This document shows positions 1-7,750 of a stretch of 64,000 nt of DNA, piece by piece. The first letter of the stretch is position 1; each line of letters opens with the position of its first letter. The position numbers were made by a program, and so were the translations under genes. The notes under the pieces are model-generated. The model did not search any database. It was not told where the DNA came from and saw only the letters and a program-made list of their open reading frames with translations. Origin of the DNA: Candidatus Latescibacterota bacterium (GTDB lineage: Bacteria > Latescibacterota > UBA2968 > UBA8231); contig CBDCDC010000002.1 of the NCBI GenBank assembly GCA_965215195.1, positions 1,504,001 to 1,568,000 on the forward strand, read 5' to 3'.

Positions 1-947
1 GCTGGCTCTACTGGGAGGCGGATACCAAGCTACTCAACGAAAAGCGCCCAGGCTACCGACCGCACGTATTCGACGGAAATATATGGCTGTCTGCCGTTCC
101 GCATCTCAGGAAAGATGCGACGGAGCCGCAGGCATGTATCACGCAACAGATGGCATGTTTGCATCTGATTGAGCGCGGTGCCAACATGTTCCCCGCTTAC
201 CTCCGCGACGACGGCCTCGGAACCGGCAGCAACAAAATACAACGCCGCCCCAACCTGTCCCCTGCCGCACAACGCTATCTCCATCATCTCGGCGCGGACG
301 TAGAGGACCTCTTCCACCACGTCCTCGCCACCCTCCACGACCCCGCCTACCGCCAGGCCAACGCCGGAGCACTCAAGATGGAATGGCCGCGCATCCCGCT
401 GCCGGGCTGGCCCGACGGCAAAGCCGACAGCGCGGCAGAGACGCTCGCTGCATCGGCGGCGCGGGGCCGCGAACTAGCCCGCCTACTCGACCCCGAAGCA
501 CCAGTACCGGGCGTCACCCAAGGCCTGTTGCGCCCGGAGATCGCCGCCCTCGCCGTGCCCGCCACCACCGACAGCCGCAACATGACCGGCGACGATTTCG
601 CGCTCACCGCCGGATGGGGCCACTACGGAACGGGCGACGCCGTAATGCCGGGCCAAGGCCGCATCGTCGAGCGCGAGTACACCCCGGAAGAACGCGCCGC
701 GCTGGGTGCGGCCATACCCACGCTGGGCGAAAAGACGCTGGACGTGTATCTGAACGACCGCGCCTTCTGGCGCAACGTCCCCGCCGCAGTTTGGGACTAC
801 AAGCTCGGCGGCTATCAGGTGCTCAAGAAATGGCTATCCTACCGCGAGAGTGATGTTTTAGGGCGGGTGCTGACGCCGGAAGAAGTGCTGTACTTTGCGG
901 AGACGACGAGGAGGGTTGGGAGGATGTTGCAGGTGACCTATATGTAG
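1..947 (+). CDS. Type ISP restriction-modification enzyme, C-terminal specificity region (5' part outside window)
   Basis: Motifs 'YRQANAGALKMEWPRIPLP' and 'WRNVPAAVWDYKLGGYQVLKKWLSYRE' are typical of the Type ISP (LlaGI/LlaBIII-like) C-terminal domain. The frame is open from the window start. Confidence 0.85.
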   Translation, partial: WLYWEADTKLLNEKRPGYRPHVFDGNIWLSAVPHLRKDATEPQACITQQMACLHLIERGANMFPAYLRDDGLGTGSNKIQRRPNLSPAAQRYLHHLGADVEDLFHHVLATLHDPAYRQANAGALKMEWPRIPLPGWPDGKADSAAETLAASAARGRELARLLDPEAPVPGVTQGLLRPEIAALAVPATTDSRNMTGDDFALTAGWGHYGTGDAVMPGQGRIVEREYTPEERAALGAAIPTLGEKTLDVYLNDRAFWRNVPAAVWDYKLGGYQVLKKWLSYRESDVLGRVLTPEEVLYFAETTRRVGRMLQVTYM

Positions 948-2455
948 TGTCTAAACGGTAAGGGTGGCAGATCGGGAACAGGTGCAGCAGTAAGAATTTC
1001 GCCTACAGCATCAGCAAACTTGAGTGTAACAGGCTGTCCGTCTGCAAACTGGCAGGTATTGAAGTTGATCTTGGTTAGGCCCATCACATCCGTCATAACC
1101 CTGAGCAGATCGGCATGGCCTCTGTGGATTTCGATTAGCAGAGGGTTAGGCACCTCCCAACCAGGATAGGTATCGAGCCGAGGTATAAAACCCTTGGTCC
1201 AAAGATATCCTCTCCGTTTTGTTGAAAGGTATGCAGTACCACGCAACACGGGCATTTTACCCGGTCTATAGAGCTTCAGTTCACTAGTTGGGCGAATACG
1301 CACCCCGACTAGGTTGGTTTCGTTTGAGACGACGCCTCTGAAGCCATCCCACTCATCGTCATTAAATCGCGTTTTGCCATGAATAAAAAGCTCAGTAGGA
1401 GGCTTTCCGTGGAGGTCTCGATATGACTTCACCACTAGACTCATCAACTCAGAGGCTTTCTCTTTGCTAAGGTGAAATTCGTGTGTATCCTTCGAGTACC
1501 AAGGGCCGACGGCACCTCGAAAAACAACGCCATCTCCCGAGTCCAAAAACATTTGAGCACCGCAACAAGCATTGCCGGCGGCTAGGTCGGTACCATCCAT
1601 CTTGTAAACCAATCCTACGTAGCAGACCCCTGGTCGGACCGACGCTAGTTTCCACGGTTTGCCACTGGCCTTAAAGAACGCTGTTGTGCAGAGGTTCCAA
1701 GCAACTGTAGCGGGGTCTTCAGGTTCCCGGATGAAGTGGCCATCTTGAGTGAATCGGTGAGGCGTAAGTGTCGTGTCGCGTACAATCTGAACGACAGCCC
1801 TCATATCTAGAAGGCGAGCTTTCATCTGGTGGTGGAAATTAAGCTCGTAGCGATAAATTTCTGCGGCTTCCCGGTCTTCGGAAAAAAGCGAACCTTCGCG
1901 GAGAATCCGCTTTCCGGTCTCGGGTTTGAAAGGCTGGCTTCCCGTAATGCGTTCTTCCTTGGGTACAACCGACTTAGGTCTGCCATAGGAGTGAACCTCT
2001 TCCGGTATGACAACGAACCACATGGCAGGCGGCGCTTCGTCTTGGCGCAGATACTTGCGTATAGGCTCCTCAAAAAGAGCGACAGTCTTGTATATTGCTT
2101 CGTGCCGGTCAGTGATCCGGATCGAAGTACGGACGGCATTTTCCGAGACTGTTAGTTCGACGAGAGGCTCTTCTGGCCACCGAGTACCAAAAACGGCTTG
2201 GAAGCCAGGCCAACCAGCGTGGTGAGGTTCATTCGGATCCTTGGGCGGAATATAACGTCGAATGGTTTTTGCCCATTCGCGAAAGCAAATCAGACCCTTC
2301 GGCGTCCCAATGACGCCGATACGCATTTCGGCAGGGTTGGCTTTGTCATCTAGGGGACCGAACAAAAAAAGTCCGTCCTTCGGATGCTCCAACGCTTGGC
2401 CGTAGCGGAAGCCTAATCGTGGCTCTTCGATGTGTTGAAGTAACGGATCTGTCAT
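938..2455 (-). CDS. Short prokaryotic Argonaute (MID-PIWI, catalytically inactive), SPARTA clade
   Basis: N-terminal 'IEEPRL.F..GQ...PKDGLFLFGP'; MID motif 'FHHQMKARLL'; 'WNLCTTAFFKASGKPWKL..VRPGVCYVGLVY'; 'CCGAQMFLDSGDGVVFRG'; C-terminal 'PPLPFRHYI'. These closely resemble the Maribacter/Crenotalea SPARTA pAgo as recalled. The RNase H aspartates are replaced (GLVY, IHGK). Confidence 0.95.
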   Translation of the reverse strand: MTDPLLQHIEEPRLGFRYGQALEHPKDGLFLFGPLDDKANPAEMRIGVIGTPKGLICFREWAKTIRRYIPPKDPNEPHHAGWPGFQAVFGTRWPEEPLVELTVSENAVRTSIRITDRHEAIYKTVALFEEPIRKYLRQDEAPPAMWFVVIPEEVHSYGRPKSVVPKEERITGSQPFKPETGKRILREGSLFSEDREAAEIYRYELNFHHQMKARLLDMRAVVQIVRDTTLTPHRFTQDGHFIREPEDPATVAWNLCTTAFFKASGKPWKLASVRPGVCYVGLVYKMDGTDLAAGNACCGAQMFLDSGDGVVFRGAVGPWYSKDTHEFHLSKEKASELMSLVVKSYRDLHGKPPTELFIHGKTRFNDDEWDGFRGVVSNETNLVGVRIRPTSELKLYRPGKMPVLRGTAYLSTKRRGYLWTKGFIPRLDTYPGWEVPNPLLIEIHRGHADLLRVMTDVMGLTKINFNTCQFADGQPVTLKFADAVGEILTAAPVPDLPPLPFRHYI

Positions 2456-4146
2456 ACCCCCTCTTTGTATTCGTTGTCTTTATGGTCGAGAAGATCGTCA
2501 AAATCTGTTTCATCCAAGTCACTGTCGAAATCATCCAGAGCGTCAGCCTCTGTTTCGTCTTCTACATGGTCCTCTTCGGCTGTGGACACTGAGCCATTCT
2601 CAGTAATAGATAGAGGAGCCTCAAAGCCCATCGGAGAAGCGGATATTGTCGCCACGGCGTCGCCGCCAAGGGACAGGTAGAATTCCTCTTTGCCATTTGC
2701 TAGGGCAGCTACGAAAGCGCGAAGCAGGTCGCGCCAACGATCATTCCACCAATTCTTGCAGAAACTCTTTCGTAGGCGACCAGCACGAGATTGGCTATCG
2801 AGCGGCGTTTTGCCATCTTGGGTAAAGACGACGTGAGTACGCAATAGAAGGTGCTGTGGATCTGCAATACTAACCTTTCCCGATACCGCAAAGTGCCAAT
2901 AGACGCCTCTTTTCTCGCTTCGGCCAACCAACCGGCGTCGCCGTTTCTTGCCGTTCTCACCTTGAAAAGTGGCAATGTTTCCTTCGATCAGATCTAGGGG
3001 GACGAACCACGCGCTTCCGTGTGCAAGTTCATAAAGCAATAGACCCTGATTCCGGGCGAATTGTTCCCATGATTGGCGTAGAAGTCCGGTTACTATGTTT
3101 CGAGCATCCAACCACGAGACTTGTGGCCTGTTGGTCTTATGACCATCGAGAAATTGTGCCAATGGAACACGATAAGCGTGCTCAAGTGGAACGTCGGGAG
3201 TCTCCATTTGAAGCGTAGCCGCATCAGCAAAGCTGACGGCCAGCCTCAGATACTGGGTCACGGGACTTTGAAATTCATCAAACGCACGCTTCATAGCCTC
3301 TTGTGACGCATCGAAACGAGAAAAATTGATGTGAGATGGTAGAGAGCTAATTTGAAACCAGTTAGAGAATACTGACTCCGGTGTATCAGAAATGGAGGTG
3401 CTTTGCCGCAGCTTAAAATTTTGCCAAGAAGCCAAGGCTTCTCCGAAATCGCTAGTCAATTGCGGAACCTGGGTGTCTTTGAAAGTCTTCAGAAGTGTGC
3501 TGAATCCGTCCGCCCAGTTAGGAGAGAAGGCGATGGCGTTTAGACGGATCAACTGTTCGGGAAAGTCCGAGAACGGAATATCATCAAGGCGGATAGGTAT
3601 GACGAATTGTTGTTTGTTGAGTTGCCGACCTGTGTTTACAGCAAGAGCAATTTCGTCGAGAACGCCGTCTTTCTGATAAGACGCACGGGATAAGGCAACG
3701 ATGACGACGGCGGCTTCTTTCTTAATCGCATCCCCAATATCTCGCCAGAATGTCTCGCCGCCGAGCAGAGTGAGCACATCTGCCCATACTTCATAGCCAG
3801 CGGCGGTCAATCGTGTGCCTAACCAAGAAGCAAACTCGTTGTCTTCGGGGTTGGCATGGCTGATGAAGACAAGATGTCGTTCGGCTTCCTGGGGCCGGTG
3901 AGGCTTATAGTTATCCTCAATGCCGAGCCAGATGTTTGCGTCAACGCCTAGTACCTTCTCGAACTGTCGTGCCGTCTCCGGCTCAAGAGGGGCTTTTCCA
4001 GAGACGATTTCACTAATCAGCTTGGGAGAGCACCCGCAGAGCCGAGCAAACTCGGCCTGAGAGATACCTTGTACCTCGAGACGCTCCTCCAAAATCCAAC
4101 CCGGCGGGACAGCGTAGTCCGGCCGGTACTGATTGGTCGCCGCCAT
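2452..4146 (-). CDS. HigA-type HTH antitoxin fused to TIR-APAZ (SPARTA NADase effector)
   Basis: aa ~1-81 is a HigA HTH ('PDYAVPPGWILEERLE..GISQAEFA...SPKLISEIVSGKA.LEPETA..FEKVLG'). aa ~90-225 is a TIR domain ('VFISHA.PED.EF..WL...L...GYEVW.D', catalytic Glu in 'GVLDEIALA'). An APAZ domain follows ('KNWWNDRWRDLL') with an acidic C-terminal tail. ATGA overlap with the pAgo start. Confidence 0.92.
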   Translation of the reverse strand: MAATNQYRPDYAVPPGWILEERLEVQGISQAEFARLCGCSPKLISEIVSGKAPLEPETARQFEKVLGVDANIWLGIEDNYKPHRPQEAERHLVFISHANPEDNEFASWLGTRLTAAGYEVWADVLTLLGGETFWRDIGDAIKKEAAVVIVALSRASYQKDGVLDEIALAVNTGRQLNKQQFVIPIRLDDIPFSDFPEQLIRLNAIAFSPNWADGFSTLLKTFKDTQVPQLTSDFGEALASWQNFKLRQSTSISDTPESVFSNWFQISSLPSHINFSRFDASQEAMKRAFDEFQSPVTQYLRLAVSFADAATLQMETPDVPLEHAYRVPLAQFLDGHKTNRPQVSWLDARNIVTGLLRQSWEQFARNQGLLLYELAHGSAWFVPLDLIEGNIATFQGENGKKRRRRLVGRSEKRGVYWHFAVSGKVSIADPQHLLLRTHVVFTQDGKTPLDSQSRAGRLRKSFCKNWWNDRWRDLLRAFVAALANGKEEFYLSLGGDAVATISASPMGFEAPLSITENGSVSTAEEDHVEDETEADALDDFDSDLDETDFDDLLDHKDNEYKEGV

Positions 4147-4160
4147 ACCTCTCTCCTAAG

Positions 4161-4496
4161 TCAGTGATAGTCGATCACATCAACGATCGTAATTGCAGTT
4201 ATCTTTTCCGTGTCAATCCCTCCGTCAGCTTTGCGTGGGAGCGGATCGTGATTGGCTCTGAAAACCAGCCTATAAGGGTGGACGAGATCAACGGCATATT
4301 GCTCGTCGCGATCACCTCGAAGTTGGTGCCTCCGATCTGGTGGGGTCGTAGGCACCAGAGCTAACGTCCGGGCAGCCCTCAGCACGGCGAGACGAATCTT
4401 GATCGTCCTCGCCATGCGGGGACCATACGCCCTCTCAAGTGCGCTAGCTGAGTTGAATTGTTTCTCGATTTTACGGTTCCGAAAGGCGATATCCAA
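4161..4496 (-). CDS. higB: HigB/RelE-family toxin (killer-suppression type)
   Basis: 'MDIAFRNRKIEK...YGPRMA..IK.RL..L.AA..L......P.R.HQL.GDR..QYAVDLVHPYRLVF...IVDVIDYH' is the HigB-like family that precedes HigA. Confidence 0.88.
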   Translation of the reverse strand: MDIAFRNRKIEKQFNSASALERAYGPRMARTIKIRLAVLRAARTLALVPTTPPDRRHQLRGDRDEQYAVDLVHPYRLVFRANHDPLPRKADGGIDTEKITAITIVDVIDYH

Positions 4497-4518
4497 TGCT
4501 CTGTCTCAGCTTGGCGAG

Positions 4519-4549
4519 TTATTCTTAATTATGTTAAGGAATTAATCAA
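4519..4549 (-). promoter_or_regulatory. Candidate promoter and palindromic operator of the higB-higA/TIR-APAZ-pAgo operon
   Basis: AT-rich patch. The minus strand reads TTGATT-N17-AAGAAT and contains the inverted repeat CTTAA-N5-TTAAG (4524-4538). Confidence 0.45.
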
Positions 4550-4594
4550 GGGAAGCAAATGCCGCCATTGGACCCAAGCCTTACACCCTCTCGG

Positions 4595-4633
4595 CTGGTG
4601 GCAAAAATCGACCAGAGAGGACGAGCGTATTGA
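4595..4633 (+). pseudogene. C-terminal remnant of a RelE/ParE-type toxin
   Basis: Reads LVAKIDQRGRAY*, resembling the RelE C-terminal 'V.kIg.R..vY' end. Its TGA overlaps the ATG of the downstream antitoxin-like gene (TGATG). Confidence 0.45.
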
Positions 4634-5019
4634 TGAACGAACAGGATGTGCAGATCGTTGAGAAGGACGGCGAGCCAGAATACGCCGTCGTCCCAATTGA
4701 GGCGTACCGTCGCATGGTTGCCACACTCGAAGACGCGGCCGATGCTGCGGCTATCGCACGGGCATGGGCCGAGGACGCGGCCGGCGAGACGGTCCCGAGC
4801 GAAGTCGTAAAGGCCATTCTCGCGGGCGAATCGCCCTTGCGCGTGTGGCGGAAGCACCGCGAATTCACGTTGGATATGCTGGCCGCGCGAGTAGGGGTCT
4901 CAAAAGGGTATCTGTCGCAGATTGAGAACGGACAGAAGCCCGGGACGCTCGGCCTGTTCCGCCGATTCGCGGGTGTGCTCAATGTGACGCTGGACGAATT
5001 TGCACACCCAACGAACTAA
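4633..5019 (+). CDS. Antitoxin-like XRE HTH regulator with a Phd-like N-terminus
   Basis: 'VQIVEKDGEPEYAVVPIEAY' N-terminus, then 'SPLRVWRKHREFTLDMLAARVGVSKGYLSQIENG' HTH. Confidence 0.8.
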   Translation: MNEQDVQIVEKDGEPEYAVVPIEAYRRMVATLEDAADAAAIARAWAEDAAGETVPSEVVKAILAGESPLRVWRKHREFTLDMLAARVGVSKGYLSQIENGQKPGTLGLFRRFAGVLNVTLDEFAHPTN

Positions 5020-5031
5020 TGGAACCCAACC

Positions 5032-5226
5032 ATGAAAACGTCCCAGCCTGACCCGATCATCGCCGAAGTCCGGGCCGTACGCGACCAACACGCGGCCCGA
5101 TTTGGTTACGACGTCAAAGCAATTTTCAGAGACATTCAAGCCAGACAAGAGGCTTCTGGCCGCCAGTACGTCCGCTATCCTGCCCGCCGCACAGCCCCTG
5201 AGTCCGAGGTTCAGGCGACCCGGTGA
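5032..5226 (+). CDS. Small hypothetical protein (TA-associated type)
   Basis: 'DPIIAEVRAVRDQHAARFGYDV.AI' is a small-protein pattern often found beside PIN toxins. Confidence 0.55.
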   Translation: MKTSQPDPIIAEVRAVRDQHAARFGYDVKAIFRDIQARQEASGRQYVRYPARRTAPESEVQATR

Positions 5227-5227
5227 G

Positions 5228-5351
5228 GCCGGGTCAAGGTCGCATCGTCGAGCGCGGGTACAGTCCAGACGAACGCACCCCGCTGGGCGGAAATATGCTA
5301 TCTCGGCGGCTACCAAGTCCTCAAGAAATGGCTACCCTACCGCGAATGTGA
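5228..5351 (+). repeat. Degenerate direct copy of the Type ISP 3' end (matches 647-706 and 804-853)
   Basis: gccgggtcaaggtcgcatcgtcgagcgcgggtac matches 647 onward. ctcggcggctaccaagtcctcaagaaatggctaccctaccgcgaatgtga matches 804-853. Confidence 0.85.
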
Positions 5352-5393
5352 ATCGGCTACGTATTGACGCCGATATTTGCAAACGCCGTTAGA

Positions 5394-5611
5394 TCAATTG
5401 CCGAGTAGATCAATAAATGCCTCTCGGTCAATCCCGACATCTCTCTGAATCTTGGACATAAGGCCAACGCCGTTCGTTTCACCGCCATGAATGGGCACAA
5501 CCGTGCTCCGCCCATCGGGGTGCTTCATAATCGTTGCCTCACAAGCTCGAAACCGACTTTCGGCAGAGATCGGACCACATGGGCTCCCGTCACGCACGGC
5601 ATTCTGTTCAT
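5394..5611 (-). pseudogene. hicA: HicA toxin, frameshifted
   Basis: Frame 1 reads MNRMPCVTGAHVVRSLPKVGFELVRQR then stops. Frame 2 continues IMKHPDGRSTVVPIHGGE...IQRDVGI. The GSH motif is missing at the junction. Confidence 0.8.
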
Positions 5612-5820
5612 ACGGATATTCTTTGAATGCCCACCAGTTCAAGCGGATTCGGAGCCTCTTCGCCCTCAACTTCAAGCCAGAGTGCGATCACCTCCTGCAT
5701 CCGTTCGAATAACTGGTCAATTGACTTTCCTTGAGTATGACAGCCCGGAAGGCCGGGGACACTCCCAACGTAATAACCGTCTTCATCTTTCTCGATGACG
5801 ATAGTGTATTCAGTACTCAT
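5608..5820 (-). CDS. hicB: HicB-family antitoxin
   Basis: 'YTIVIEKDEDGYYVGSVPGLPGCHTQGKSIDQL..RMQEVI.LWLE'. Confidence 0.88.
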   Translation of the reverse strand: MSTEYTIVIEKDEDGYYVGSVPGLPGCHTQGKSIDQLFERMQEVIALWLEVEGEEAPNPLELVGIQRISV

Positions 5821-5836
5821 TGGATTCATCTGCCAC

Positions 5837-6070
5837 CTATACAAACTCAAGCACTGTTTTGCCGTGAATTTTGCAGGGAAGAGAGGCGGTTGTGTCGTCT
5901 GCAACGCCGTTCAGACGCAGCAATTCCGGCACCATACTACGCGCCTCCTCAATTATACCGTCGAGAGTGTCCGCTTCGAGGACTAGACCCGGCACCTCGT
6001 CACTGGTGGCAACCCACACGTTTGCTTGGGGATCCCACGCCGAATCAATAATGATTTCCCTAACGGCCAT
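5837..6070 (-). CDS. DUF1902 (HicB-like) protein
   Basis: 'AWDPQANVWVATSDEVPGLVLEADTLD.......MVPELL'. Confidence 0.8.
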   Translation of the reverse strand: MAVREIIIDSAWDPQANVWVATSDEVPGLVLEADTLDGIIEEARSMVPELLRLNGVADDTTASLPCKIHGKTVLEFV

Positions 6071-6141
6071 ATTGCGCCTTCTTTTTTGCTAGTCGCAAGA
6101 TAACATCCTCCCAATTCGCATCGCTATACTCAATCCCCTTC

Positions 6142-7653
6142 TCACCGGACCTCCGAGCGCAAAACCTCCATCTCCAGCACCATATCCGGGTCCAGCGGAA
6201 AAAAGGGCCGCGCCCGCCGCACAAAGGGCAGGTGCCGCACGGTCGCCGGCGTCGGTCCCAGGGTGTCGAGCACAAAAACGGCTTGGGCCATAGCTCCGTA
6301 AGCGAGGCGGTAGTTCATGGGATTCTTGGCGACGATAAAGCGCGCACGCGCCGCGTCCATTCCGAGGGCCGCAAACTGCTCGCCATCCCATTCGTACGTA
6401 GGATGCGACGCCAACAGCACCTGTATCGGTCCCAGCGCGAGCACGGCCGCCGGCCCCATCTGCCCTTCGACCCCCTCCCAGATACCGCCCCGATAGCGGA
6501 AGCGACCATCGCTCAACCGCAGCACCCGACCGCGCACGGCGATTGGCTGTCCCCAACGCGGGTCGTGCCCGTGTCCCAGCACCAACTCCACCTCGGCCCC
6601 GACACCGGCCTGATGGCAGGCCGCGGCCGCACGGGCATCGACCAAGGGCACCAGCGCCGGGCCGTCCAACTCGGCCTGCAACAGAGCCGCTAGCCCCGCC
6701 ACGCTATCGCCAGCCGCGCCGCCACCGCAGCAGTCCGCAGCCTCCACCAGCACCACCGGGCCGCCCTCGACGGCCAAGCCGGTGCGCACGGCCTCTGCGG
6801 GTGCGTACAGCTCTGGCTCTAAGGCAAAGCGCCGCTCCCAGTACGCCGCAGCCAGCTCGCGGGCGAGTGCTTCGGCCTTGGCAAAGTCGCCGTCGGCAAT
6901 CGCCAGCCCGCCGCTGCCCATGCCGGCAAAATCGAGGTAGGGATGCACCAAGATCGCACTCGTCGAGAGGATGCCGTCGCGCTGCTCAGCGGCCTTGGCC
7001 AAGGCCATCACTTGCGCGAAAGGGTCGTCGTCCTCGGTCGAGCCGTGAATGGCCCCGGTGAGCACCGGCACCTTGGCCATGGCCATCGCGGGCTTGCACG
7101 CGCCAGCGAGCGCGTCGCACAGCAGGCGCGCCCCGCGCACACCCGTGGAAAAAGCATCGCGATGCGGATAGGTTTCCCAAGCTACCAAGCCATCGGCAGC
7201 GCGCATCATTTGCGCGGAAATATGGGCGTGTAAATCGAGCGTGGCGACGATGGGCACGGCCTCGCCGACGACCGCTCGCACCGAGGCCAGCAAATCCCCC
7301 TCCAAATCGACGCCGCCCTCTACGGCCGCCGCCCCGTGCAGCGGCATGAGGACTCCATCTACCGGGAGCACCGCGTTGAGCCGCGCCAAAAGCTCTTCCT
7401 TGAGCTGGTTGTAACAAGCCCGCGTCAGCGGACCGCCGGGGCAGGTGCTGGCAAACAACAGGGGCGCAACTTGCGCACCGCGCGCCGCCAGCACCCTGAG
7501 CATACCCCCAACCACCCCGTCTTCGGCTGCGAGCACCTCGCACCCGCGCCGCAGCTCATAGCGCTCAAACCACGACAGATCAATCGGCTCGCCGCCGAAT
7601 TGATTGCATTCGGTAAAAATCGCACCCAAGGCTACGCGCTGTTTGGCAACCAT
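6142..7653 (-). CDS. M81/MlrC-family metallopeptidase
   Basis: 'ECNQF', 'LHGAA', 'LDLHAH', 'YPHRD' and 'ADCCGGG' motifs. Confidence 0.88.
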   Translation of the reverse strand: MVAKQRVALGAIFTECNQFGGEPIDLSWFERYELRRGCEVLAAEDGVVGGMLRVLAARGAQVAPLLFASTCPGGPLTRACYNQLKEELLARLNAVLPVDGVLMPLHGAAAVEGGVDLEGDLLASVRAVVGEAVPIVATLDLHAHISAQMMRAADGLVAWETYPHRDAFSTGVRGARLLCDALAGACKPAMAMAKVPVLTGAIHGSTEDDDPFAQVMALAKAAEQRDGILSTSAILVHPYLDFAGMGSGGLAIADGDFAKAEALARELAAAYWERRFALEPELYAPAEAVRTGLAVEGGPVVLVEAADCCGGGAAGDSVAGLAALLQAELDGPALVPLVDARAAAACHQAGVGAEVELVLGHGHDPRWGQPIAVRGRVLRLSDGRFRYRGGIWEGVEGQMGPAAVLALGPIQVLLASHPTYEWDGEQFAALGMDAARARFIVAKNPMNYRLAYGAMAQAVFVLDTLGPTPATVRHLPFVRRARPFFPLDPDMVLEMEVLRSEVR

Positions 7654-7684
7654 GTAAACTCACTCCATCGGCTAGCTTTTTAAC

Positions 7685-7713
7685 AAAAAAGAGGGCAGCT
7701 AAAAAGCTGCCCT
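7685..7713 (-). terminator. Rho-independent terminator
   Basis: Minus strand AGGGCAGCT-TTTT-AGCTGCCCT followed by CTTTTTT. Confidence 0.7.
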
Positions 7714-7750
7714 AAAGAAGCGTCGATTAAGATAGGAACCGGCCCGCCGC

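Noticed and set aside
938-2455. Catalytically active (slicer) long Argonaute
   Set aside because: It has no N or PAZ domains and the DEDX positions are substituted, as expected for a short SPARTA pAgo.
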